In this document: in pieces, positions 26,715 through 38,200 of the stretch
Layout of the letters: every line of letters begins with the position of its first letter
Position numbering within the stretch: position 1 is the stretch's first letter
DNA from: Ascidiella aspersa
Taxonomy: Eukaryota
DNA length: 64,000 nucleotides
Direction: 5' to 3'
NCBI GenBank assembly: GCA_963924565.1
Contig: OZ004609.1
Span: 25,420,001 to 25,484,000, forward strand
Notes under the pieces: generated by a model
The model's input: only the letters and a program-made list of their open reading frames with translations
Database searches by the model: none
Told to the model about the DNA's origin: nothing
Program-made: the position numbers and the translations under genes

Positions 26715-28100
26715 AATATGAAGAAAATTAAATCATATGTAATTCGTATTGAATGCTCTCTGCAATTTAACAGACTGCTTTACCAAAATTCATCACTTAA
26801 AGCTAAAGATTGTTGTTACATAAAACATATTGTTTGGAAAATGCCAGTCAGGTATATTTTAATCATCCTAATATCAATTGAAGTAAAATATAAAAAAAAT
26901 TTGAGCTTCTTGTACAGATAGTTAAGAAGGGTCAACAAATACTGAATATGACCCCAAAATTAGTCATAGACCTGAATAATAGCTTTGTTCAAAAACATTT
27001 ATACTTATTGCATCTCTATTTTTCATTATGAATCTGTGTTATATGTTGTTATTTTATTTCGAGAGAAAATGTTTCAATAGCATCTGTAAAATTGCCCAGC
27101 CTAATCTCAAAAGAATTTTTTTTAGGACTAGGATTTTTTTAGATTAGGTTTGCACAACTTCGATTTTAAAGAATGTAGCGTGTCCACAACATCTTGGCAG
27201 AGAACAAAAAGATGTAAAAAAATATTTTTGAATACAACAAGTAAATAAGTTCAGTATTTCAGTAAAAATGGACAAAAAAACCTTGTTTTCCCTCATTTGA
27301 ATGTGTATAGTATATGTTGAGTAACAATGCTATCCATATTTAAAGAAAGAGGCTCTCTTGTATATAATTTTATATACAAATTTAAACAATAAAATCTTAC
27401 CAAATATAATGTGCTATTAATATATATTACGGCTTTAACAACCGAAATTCAAATGGTTTTGAGGCTCAAATTTTGGTCACAACCCTTTATCTAAATCGAT
27501 GCTAGCTTATCCTTGTTAAATGTATCCGAATATGTTGGGTAATTTTAATTCTGCAACAGTTTGAATCAGTCTGATCTGCATAACGCCAAGTTATTTATAT
27601 TACATATAAAAAAATTTGATACAATAATGAAGTGTGCCCAAACGTTTTGAATGTAACCTACAAAATTATATCTTTTTTAAAATATGTAGCTTTAGAGAGC
27701 TTCTGTTTATTAACTACATTAACTGGCTGATAATTTAACGTATAGTTAAAGACCCGGCATTTTAGCAAGTTTCGGAAAGAGTTGCCAAAACCCACTGATC
27801 AATCTTCATTTCATGGCACTTTTCGTCCAGATTTTAGGTGTGTACAAACTTTTTTTTTTTTAGTTGAGTCAAAATAACATGACCGTTTATTTAATAATAG
27901 TTTGAAAGCTGTCGTATACAGGATTGTAGACCAAAATTTGCATTTAAACAGATGTCTATTTAGGGTTTTATGTACACCCTAATTAGACATCTACATAAAA
28001 ACTGGGATGTTTATGCTTACAGGGCATAATGATTTGGTATACAATGGTGCATTACCAGTGTTGTCTGTGCATTCGCAGGAAGTTGAGACAGGGTAACTCG

Positions 28101-28364
28101 CACTGCTGGAAAGTATGGCAGATCTCGACGAGATCTTGCAGGTGCACGGCCGAAAAAATCCGGGTGACTGGGTGAAACGAAGGTCAAAAAGTACACCTCG
28201 GGTGCATTTTATGATTTTCTGATGCATTCTGTATTGCATACATTGCACTGTTAACGTATTCCGCACAAGCGTTTTACATGTTTTGGGTGCAGTTCAGATT
28301 TTTTCGGGGTGCACTTTTAAAAGGTTGAAATCTCGTGGGTGCACTTGCCATACTTTCCACAGTG
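28101..28364. mobile_element. MITE with 9-bp TSD (Mutator-like) in the divergent promoter region
   Basis: TIR CACTG(C)TGGAAAGTATGGCA / TGCCATACTTTCCACAGTG; perfect TSD GGTAACTCG at 28092-28100 and 28365-28373. Confidence 0.85.
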
Positions 28365-29287
28365 GGTAACTCGTAGTTGAAATATATAATCTTAATAACG
28401 CAGGACCCAATTAACTGGTAATAACTTCACCAAAAACATACAACACAATTAGTATTATACACAAACCTGAGTTAAAGCGGCACACATAAGTTAGTGTCTA
28501 GGCATGTGTTTAATTCAAGGTATTATAAAGCAGGGTTCGATTGAATTTTATGGTCCCAGAGATTAGTGATACCCTAATTCATTTTGTTTACACTTGTTTT
28601 GTCTTACTCTAACTTTTATATGAAGTACGCACTTTTAGGTTCTAGAAATGTGCAGTGAACCATAGCGTTTGATTTTGTGTAGGAATTAGGCATTGCTTGT
28701 TATTATTGCCGTTTAGTTTGAGCGTTCGAGCAAGTTATTGCACAAAAACATAATTGTTTCTCTTTAATACAACCTCGTCTATACGATGCACAGTATGTGT
28801 ATAAAAAACTGTGCAATATCCCCTAAACTCTCTTTCACGGCCCTTACGTTGCGTGGTAATTTTACTTAAAATTGTTTATTAAAACTTAAATAATTGTAAA
28901 TTCAGTAAAATCATTTTTGTCTGTGTTGTGTGCTACATTTCCTATTACAGTATTAATAGCCCTACTTGTCATTTAAAATGGATGTTGACGTTCCAGCTGC
29001 TGAAGTTAAAGAAAAACTATCTAAGCGTGACATAGTTGAAATCTATTGAAGGGTGACTTCTTAACAAACTGTTGAAAGGAGTACAATTACTCAAAACTTC
29101 AGTAGTGTACTTAGTTGTTATTTATACTTTAATTTTTTATCAGTTTAAGGTTTATGATTTTGCCAGACTAGACCGTCGTGTAAATAATAATATACTAGTT
29201 TCCTTTGTGCTGCCGTTATCTTTAAGTGGTTTAGAAATGGACGGCGTAATCATTCAGTAGCTGGCCCCTGGCCGTCATATTCGGACA

Positions 29288-32200
29288 ATGCTTCCTATTA
29301 ATTCAGATGTAAGTTGTTTTTCTAGTTGTTGTTTTAGAGTTTATACCAAATAAAAACACTTTGTTTTAAATGTTATAACAAAAAGGGGCGCTGGTCTTGA
29401 ATCCTACCACCTTTTTAGTTTACAGTACTTAACGAAATGAGTTGTCAAAATATAAATCACAAGATAGAAATAATATGGAAGAATAAATATATTATTAATG
29501 CTTTACTCATCCTAACCAAATGTTAGCAATATAAAAATGTTTAAAAAAGTAAGCGCGAATGAAGTTTCGCATGTTTGGTTGATTTTCGGAGGCTGAACAT
29601 TTTTTGGTGATTGTTCACTTAACACGTGGCTACAACCACAACTGAGAGTGCAATTGCACAGGCATACATTCCTTCATAGACCATTCCTGGTCCAGTTTGT
29701 ATTATCCAACAAATTCTAATCATTATCAGTCATAGTGTGAAGTATATATAACTGACTGTATGTCCTAACATACATTTTTTAATAGCAAACCAACCTCAGT
29801 GCCGATGTGGCTCCTTTTGTTCCCCGGAGGGAGTTTCAAAATGAAGCTGACTATCCAGAGCAACCCCCTCTTCCAAGATATCTGACCACCTGCTATCCAT
29901 TTGTCCAAGAACAGCAGGATGGAAGGTAATTTACTCAATAATGAAAAATAATGTTGTTGATCCTGGTATATATCACCTAATTGCATTGCCTGTTATTGGG
30001 TAAGAATCAGGTGTAGGAAAGTTTAATAAAACATATGTACACACATATGTGTGTTAACAAGATCTAGCCCTTCTGAAGCTGCTTTTTAACCAACGATTAC
30101 GGCTTACATATCATTAGTACACTGAAAGCCATTGCAGACTCACGGAATCTGTCGATCAATGATGCAAGCAGAGCAGGCTAGAAAAACATCTAGTCTGCAG
30201 TGAGGTTCCAACTCACGACCTCCAGTCAGGGTATATATCATATTAACACTAAGTGTTTAAAAGCGTTGGTAACACCTAGTTAGGGTTTAAAAGGTGTAGT
30301 TGTGGTTGGTCTTGCACGTTTTATGTAGAATAAAATATACTTGCAATCGTAAAAATTATTTAGGTTCTAAACCAGGGGTCGGCAACCTTTTTCTAGTCGC
30401 GGGCCAAAACAAAACTTGAAAAGGTCTCTGCGGGCCGCACAAAATGATAACTAAGAATTGTGATATTTAAATGTTAAAATAACTGTGAATCAGGCAGGCC
30501 TCGGATATATTTTTGCACTTAAAAATGCTTGTGTTTAATTACATTTACAGAGGCATCAAAGTGTTAACACAAAGCGAATGAAAAGTTTAATAAAATTACT
30601 TTGAGGAAACGCGATAACATTTTAAGTTAATCTAGTTGAGTTTTTGTTAACTGTTTGAAGTGAAGACACAGCTAGCGAGCGAAGCGAGCGCGATTTTTTT
30701 TTGATATACTGGTATTGCTTTTAAATTCTTTGCAAGTTTTTAACGTTGCCGAAAAAAGAAAAATGCTAAAAACATTATAGCCAATATTTTTTATTACTTT
30801 TTCTCATTTTGGGCTACGCACTTGGCAGCCTTCCACAGCGCAATGGTTAAGAATCGCTGATCTAGTTGAAAAGGCCGCATGAAACGTAAACAAACCGGGC
30901 ATATAATGAATATTTTTCAGAATTACGTAGTTCAAATAGACAAAAAGTATGTGGAATTGACTCGTGTCTAATTTGTCAAAGAGGCGGCGGGCCGGATGAA
31001 TTACATCGGTGGGCGGGATCCGGCCCGCGGGCCCTAGGTTGGCGACCCCTGTTCTAAACATTGCTATTTATTCACACTTTGTTTTTTCATGGGTTCGCTA
31101 TTTCAATTATGAAAGTCGAAATGCAGACAAAAAGCTGTATGCCTCTTAAGCGGAGCTTTGTGTTGTTGCCCACCTTTGGCAGATCAGGGTTCACCTAATT
31201 ATGGCCCATTAGCAAAATCTGGCCGACAATAGCACATTTCCTGAAGTTTATTAAAGGTTAACTAACGGAAATGTTTGTCATACGCTAAAGTAAGCTAAAT
31301 TTTGATAGAATTTTAAACTATAAAACATGTTTTACAAAGCTAACACTACATTTTAAAATATATAATAATTATGTTTCCTTAGTTTAGTGATAATCATGTC
31401 AATACAGTTTGTCACAAAATCTGATATTCGGCCTCAATCTTTACACAAAAATTTGACCCCTTGTTTAGATCAGGGCCAAATCTGGCCTGCTGGTTTATTT
31501 TTTTTGAACCAGTGGCATATTTCACAAAATAACCTAAAATTGTGTTATTAATACTTATTGGGCAAAACGTTTGTCTCTTGCAAAACTGAACTAAATTGTG
31601 TTGAAATTTTAAACTAAACTTTATCTTAGTAAAAATTTTGATTAAAATTTTATTTATTTTTCTTTGTTTTATAATAATTTAGTCAAATAAGGTGAATACA
31701 AATTTTATATGCAGCCCATAATCTCTAAAAATTAGAATTATTGGTACCTAAATGGATTGTTTAAAATGCCCTTCTATTAATTCAGCTTAAATAAATTTAG
31801 AATTGTATTCTAATGTGATTTTATTGCAACAGGATTTCAATGCAAACTTCCAACAATAGCCACGTAAATCCTGCCAATTTCACTGGTCCTCCGGCAGCAG
31901 TTACACCTCATCGCCAGTTTATATTAGGAATGATGCCACCAAGTGCTGGATTTGTAGGTAAGTTAACCACCATATTTGTTTGGGTATATTTCTCCATGAT
32001 ACGTTGTGCAGGGAAAATATGTTTAACCAATACATTTATTGGTTGGTTCCTTTAATCCAAGTGTGGGCAACCTTTTTAACACAAGGGCCAGTCAGGAAAT
32101 GTAATGCTTAGTAGAGGGCCGCACATTAAATAAACACTAATTCATATTTTGAGCTTTTACTAGAAAACCTACTGAGCTACTAGGTTGCAACTACGGCAGT

Positions 32201-35200
32201 TTTGTCAGTGCTGTCTAGTTGTGGATTCAGAAATAACTTTTCCTACTATTTCAATGACGCCTTTCTCGTACGGATGGGCTCAGTACAATTTAATTAACAG
32301 CCTTAATTCAAATCCAGCTGTTAAACATAACATCTCAGTCAATATGCATGGCAAAAGTCTGTTACACCTTGATTGTACCAGACAAGTTTAATTGTTGCAA
32401 CACAATTCTTTGTCTTCACAACGTGACACAAGTAAAACTTTATGAATGAAGATTCAAGTTCAACTGCATTAGTGTAGCGGTGTAGCATGTGGGTTACACC
32501 GCCCTTCAAACAGGAAACTGATAGAGCAAAAGTCCCAGCATGGTGCACACTCTTAGCCTTATTTAGGGAAAAAATAGCTGGAAGAAGGTGAAGGGCCACA
32601 CAAAAAATGAAAAAAGGCTGCATGCGGCCTGTGGGCCACACGTTGCTCACCCCTGCTTTATTCCAACAACTTATAAAACTGCCTGGTAGATAGTTACATA
32701 TCAGAAAGTATGTATATATACTTGTGTAGTATAGAAATAAAAACATAATTCTATCCTGCAGTCTAAAAAACCTTTCGTATTACAAATTCAGGGTTGTCAC
32801 AAAGTCTTTGATTAAAGTGATCATAGGTCTTTAAAATGATATGTATTAAAAAGCTTGTTTTTGTTTTTCTAAAATTCATTGAATATTTAGTCGTATAATT
32901 TAGCTTATGTCCAGCTTAGGTTATGTGTTTTAAAAAAGTGCCGAAAATATATTTAAAAACTGTATAGTGAAGTGATCCAATTTTTGATCTTTAAAAGGCT
33001 ATAAGTTGTCTTTGAAAAGTCTTTGAATGTCTTCAAATACAGTTAGATCCTAATTAATATAAGTTAAAATTTCTTTTAATGTGAAACTGGTAAACTAAAC
33101 TTTAACTTTGTTGAGTCAAACAGACCCATTTAACGGATTATATATGTTTTTCTTTTGTTTTGCCTTTAATATGTTTTTTAATAATTAAAAAATAAGACTG
33201 TGTGCTAAATTAAGTTTTCCTAACTAAAATATTTCTTCTAATATTTTGCAAAATTGTATTTTATAATTTGGTTGTAAAGCGTCATTTATTTATACCTATA
33301 TTTTTACTAAGTTTTACAGTGGTTCTGTAATATGTTAAGCATCAAAACTAAACACATACTTTGCTTGTTTTTTGTTGCTATGGTAAATGACTGTGTTGTG
33401 CGAAGTGCCCTATTGTGCCTTTGTTTACTTTTTCCAGATGGTTAAACAGGTTTTCTTTACCTTAGTATAAGTCCTAGTGGCTGTCCCTGTACAAACAAAA
33501 GCACAATTTAACTAGTCACATAGACTAAACCATGTAGTAACCATAACTTTAACTTTGGGGAAAAACTTTTACAATTGTGTGATAATATGAATTTGATACA
33601 TACTTTCTTATTCCCACATTGTATGGCAAAATATGAAACTTAACCTAATTGTCTATGTGCCGATGTCATAATTAGTGTTGCAAAAACTTAGTCACAGTTT
33701 TAGGCCTTTATAAAATTTAGTATTGTTTGTTTTACATTTAGTTTCTGTAATTTTAGTTTCTTAACACTAACAAACAAATTCTTTGGAGTAGAGTTTTACT
33801 AAAAGTTTACTTATTTAGTAAGGACATTTTTAAAAACTCCTACAAATACCAAAATAATAACTTGTATGTAATAAAAAAGATATTGCGATTAGTTTTTAAG
33901 CAACTACATGTGGTTATTTAGCAAATGCTTTATATATTTAATAACTTCCTTTAATATCTGTAAGTGATAACTTTTTACCTCCGCTATTATTTACGACACT
34001 TGATGTCATACAAACCAATTCAATTTGTGCCTTTAAAGAGTTAATTGCTTTTAAAGCCATAGCAAAAAAAAAACATTTAAAGATGTTTCACTATGTTGTT
34101 CAAACTTGTTAGTAAATTATGTCTTTACATGGTTGGATATTTAATTGTTACTTTGATTGCTATTGGTGAATAATAGCCTTCATTACACAACTTAGTCACC
34201 CCTGTAAATGACATGTCATTAGACACTAGGTTGTTTACAGGTCCTTCAGTAAGCGCTTCAATGGTGTACGATGGCCTTTTCCATCAAAGAGGTGGAAACT
34301 ATCCACCTGTCACAAATGTTCAAAGGCATAGGGTCAGTATAAATACTTAAATGTTTTCTTTTTTGCAAAAAACAATCCTGAGTAAATAAACTCAAATATA
34401 ATTGTAGAATAGTAAAAAAATTGAACAGGTTAAATTTCAAGCATATGATTCTTGATTCGTAATTCTGTGCTGGTTTGTTTTGCCAACCCAATCCCAAATT
34501 GTATTAATATATTCCAGCCATATTTTGTAACTTTTTATATTGTCTATAATACCTTGTTTGATTTATTTGCAGCAATCTGGCAGAAAGGTAATGTACAAAA
34601 ATGTGGGCATACAAAAGGAGGCGACTAGCAACACAACAAACAACACTGAACACCCAGTACGGATGGTGGACAGTTGTCAACAAACAGGTACATTTTACTT
34701 TTTTGCTTTCAACTGATGTGGCCATAGTCCTTTATTTTGGGCTCTGCTGTTGAATAAAGCGTATGACCTTTAGGTTGTAAAGTCATTTAACTTTCTTTGA
34801 AATGTCATGTTTCCGGAGAAAAAATTTCCAGCCAATTTGATTTGTTTAAATTTGCATAGGTGTTGAAAATTGTAATTAAAGTTAACAATTTTTAATTAAC
34901 GTAGACAACTTATTTTTGGTGATGGGCTTTTAAATAAAGCTTGGAGCCTAAAGTGGAAAATTCCATGTTTATCATTCGAATGGTATGTTTCGCTAAATCC
35001 TCACATTAATCTTATTTAGATTTTCCCCTGAGCATTGCCAGTAAGTCACTCACAGACCGTCCAAGTCCGCTTAAGAAGTCATCACGCAACAGACGTCATG
35101 TCATGGTCAACGAGGATGATCCATACTCATCGAGTGATCATGCCGACGCAGATGTGGACAGCGACTCTGGATATTACAGGCAGGAAGCTTTTTCCATTAG

Positions 35201-38200
35201 TCGTGTCACACAACAAAGCCGTTTAGCGAATGGTGGTATAATTTACAATCGGTTGGCATTGTCTTCTGTCTGCGTTTTAACAACAATGGAAGTTTGTGTT
35301 TGGAGTATTTTTAGTGCTTAAAATGTCCAGCTGAATGTTGCTAGGAAATACAAAACATATGTGAATTGTTTGTGAGCATTTACGTTGTTAATATTTTCAA
35401 TCGGTTGCACTATACTGCACAATGGCATTCTGTCTGCGGTTAACAACAATGGAAATTGTGGTGGGAGAACTCGTAATGCTAAAAATGTCTAGCTGAATGT
35501 TGCTGGGAAAAGCAAAACATATGTGAACTGCTTGTGAGCATTAACAGAATATAGTGCATTCAAGTAAAAATTTTTTCCCGAAAGCAAAATAAATTTAAAT
35601 TCTTGATTGTATCTAGTTTTTACAACAATTGTTTATCCACCAAACTACTTAAATGAGGTCAATGTAATTTTAACAAGGGATTCTTTCTTTGCATAATTTG
35701 AGGTTTTTTTAACAGTCCGAAGCACCGTGTTCATAAACGGAATGGGGGCACAAGCACAACTGAACTGACAAGTGGACATGGATCTTCTAGACACCAGGTT
35801 TTAACTTAAAAATATTACACCATGGGTTAAGCATGACTACTACTTGGAGTGAACAATTTTCTACAACTTTTTTTAAAGATAATTGTAAATGCCATTGGCT
35901 AATAAAAATAATAATTTTTCCTAAATGAATTTTATTTTTCCAAAACATTTGTCAAAATATTTTGTTTGAACTGTATAATTGAACATAATCTCGTTTTATT
36001 TAGTAAAAAAGGGGTTTCAATACTGCATTAAAAATGCCATACATTTCATAACTACAATCCAAATTTCTATTCCAACAAAACAGCGGAGCAATGAACAGCC
36101 TCCGATCCCGAGATTGGTCTACCTTACCCCATCACCGACGCTCTATCAAGTCCAGCAGCACGTCGGTCACGCAGTTATGCCCAGCGTACTCTCACCCCAT
36201 CCGACCCCACCTCCCCCTATGTTGGTGACCCCGCCTCCCACCCCAATACTAGGTAATTTGTGCCTTTTTTTGGCTTAACAGTATACCAGCTGTTCATTTT
36301 CTTTAAATGATTTTATCTGTTAATCTTGTAAAGCAGGGCTACTTAACAGGCGAATCGCGGTCCGAATGTAAACCTTTTCAGTGTTGAATCCGTACCTTAT
36401 CTGTCGCAGTATTTACTAACCAATTTATGAGTTTTCTCTTGGCAAACCATTGCTGCTGTTTATTGAAAACCCCTTTCTAGTAACGGACATTACAGAATTC
36501 TTAGTTGAAGCGAAGGACATATGTAACCGTATTACTATTTGTATGACTGTTAATTATTTCATGAAAGTTATAACAGACCTAAGCAAATTTTAAACTTTAG
36601 TAACTGGACCTTTGCTAAAAATAGTTGAGTAGCCCTGTTGTAAAGTATTGTGCATAGCAGTATTGTAAGATGGGACATGTTTTTGTTTCAGATCAAACGT
36701 CTGTTCATCGAGGTCGGCCGCCACCTGGATTCCCGCCTCCGCCCAACTTTTATAAACCCCAGGTTAGCAGCAGTTTTAGAGTTTTAGTAGTTTATTTGAA
36801 ATAAAACTTGGTTGTTCATCAACTGATTTTACTAAAAAGGGACTTTTATTTAGATTATAACATAGATAAAAACAAGTATTGTTTCGTTTATTAGACAGCG
36901 TAGATCAGGGATCCCAACCTGTGGTACGCAATGTTTTTCAGGTGCTACGCGAATACCTTCCGTTTTTTCACAAACGCCTGGATTCACAACTTTATATTTT
37001 GTTTATCTAGCTTTGTTTAAAAAAATCCCCGTAACGCATTCTTATTGTGACGTAACTATTCGTGTTGTTCGTATCATTACGACGTTTAAAATACAAGTCA
37101 TGTCAATTGTTGACAAGGAGCACAGTTGCTCTGAAAAGCCGTACAACGCTGTGGGACAGAGAGCGTTAATTATGTCATATGATTGCTCTTGGTAGATATC
37201 TACTGTTTTATAGCTTAAGCTACAAATAGCGTTGAATATTTGTGGTGCTTTAGTGTTATTTTAGTAGGCCAATATTTTTCTTCTGAATAATATATAATTC
37301 GATGAAAGTAGTTGTTCTGCAAGAAGTGGTACGCATGGCAGTACTGGGCGTACACATGGTATGGGATCGTAAAAAGTTTTGAAGCCCCTGGCTTAGATAA
37401 ATACTATCTTCGTTTCAGGTGCAGTTTCCTGGAGCTTTGCTGTGGAATGTTAGGCCCCAGTTTTCTGGCTTCAATCCCAATCAGAGACTGCCCGGGCCAA
37501 ATCCCCACTTTCATCCACATAACCAGCCCATTGGTTACCCAAACCAACAACGCACGCGGCACCAGTTGGCAAGCCAAAGGTACAGACGACAGGGACATAG
37601 TCCACAGTCATCCCCGGGCAATTCATCCTATGAAATGCGACCATTTGATAAGAGGAAGCAGGACAAGAGGAAAAGTCCTTATAAAGACATCCTTGACCAG
37701 GAGAGAGTTGCAGCAATAAAAAACGGGGTTCCTCTGCAAGAAATGCCCCTTTTCCTGTCTGTAAGTGTTGTTTTGTTCGATGAAAATAAAGTTTGCTTAG
37801 TTTTCGTTAACATTGTGTGGATGCCTGTCCTGCAAAAAAATTAAGAACGATTAACTAATTTTTGTTTCGTTTCATTTGGCAAACAAGCTCTGTTTAAAAA
37901 GTACAAAAAATTCAAATATTCATGTTTCTACAATTCAAGAGTCATTTTTGAAGTTATATTTAAACTGCCAAACGGAATGAGAGCTTTAAGATGATTTTTT
38001 TTTTTTTATAACCGAGTAAAGTGGAACTGCTTCATTGAAAAAGCTCTGTTTCTTTAATCTAATTGGAGCTGGGTCAGAAAGACACTTTTGTAGCTTACTG
38101 TCTTTTCACGCTGTCATTTCTGTTGTTACAAAATAGGTCACGTTGTACTTAGATTGTGGAGGAAATGTATTGTTTAGGTTTAGGATAACAATGCTTAAAA

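Noticed and set aside
28978-29049. MDVDVPAAEVKEKLSK... as the SECISBP2L start
   Set aside because: Stops after 23 codons with no convincing in-phase donor; 29288-29308 has GTAAGT in the right phase.
30195-30230. B-box-like sequence suggesting a tRNA or SINE
   Set aside because: No cloverleaf or A-box; at most a decayed SINE fragment.
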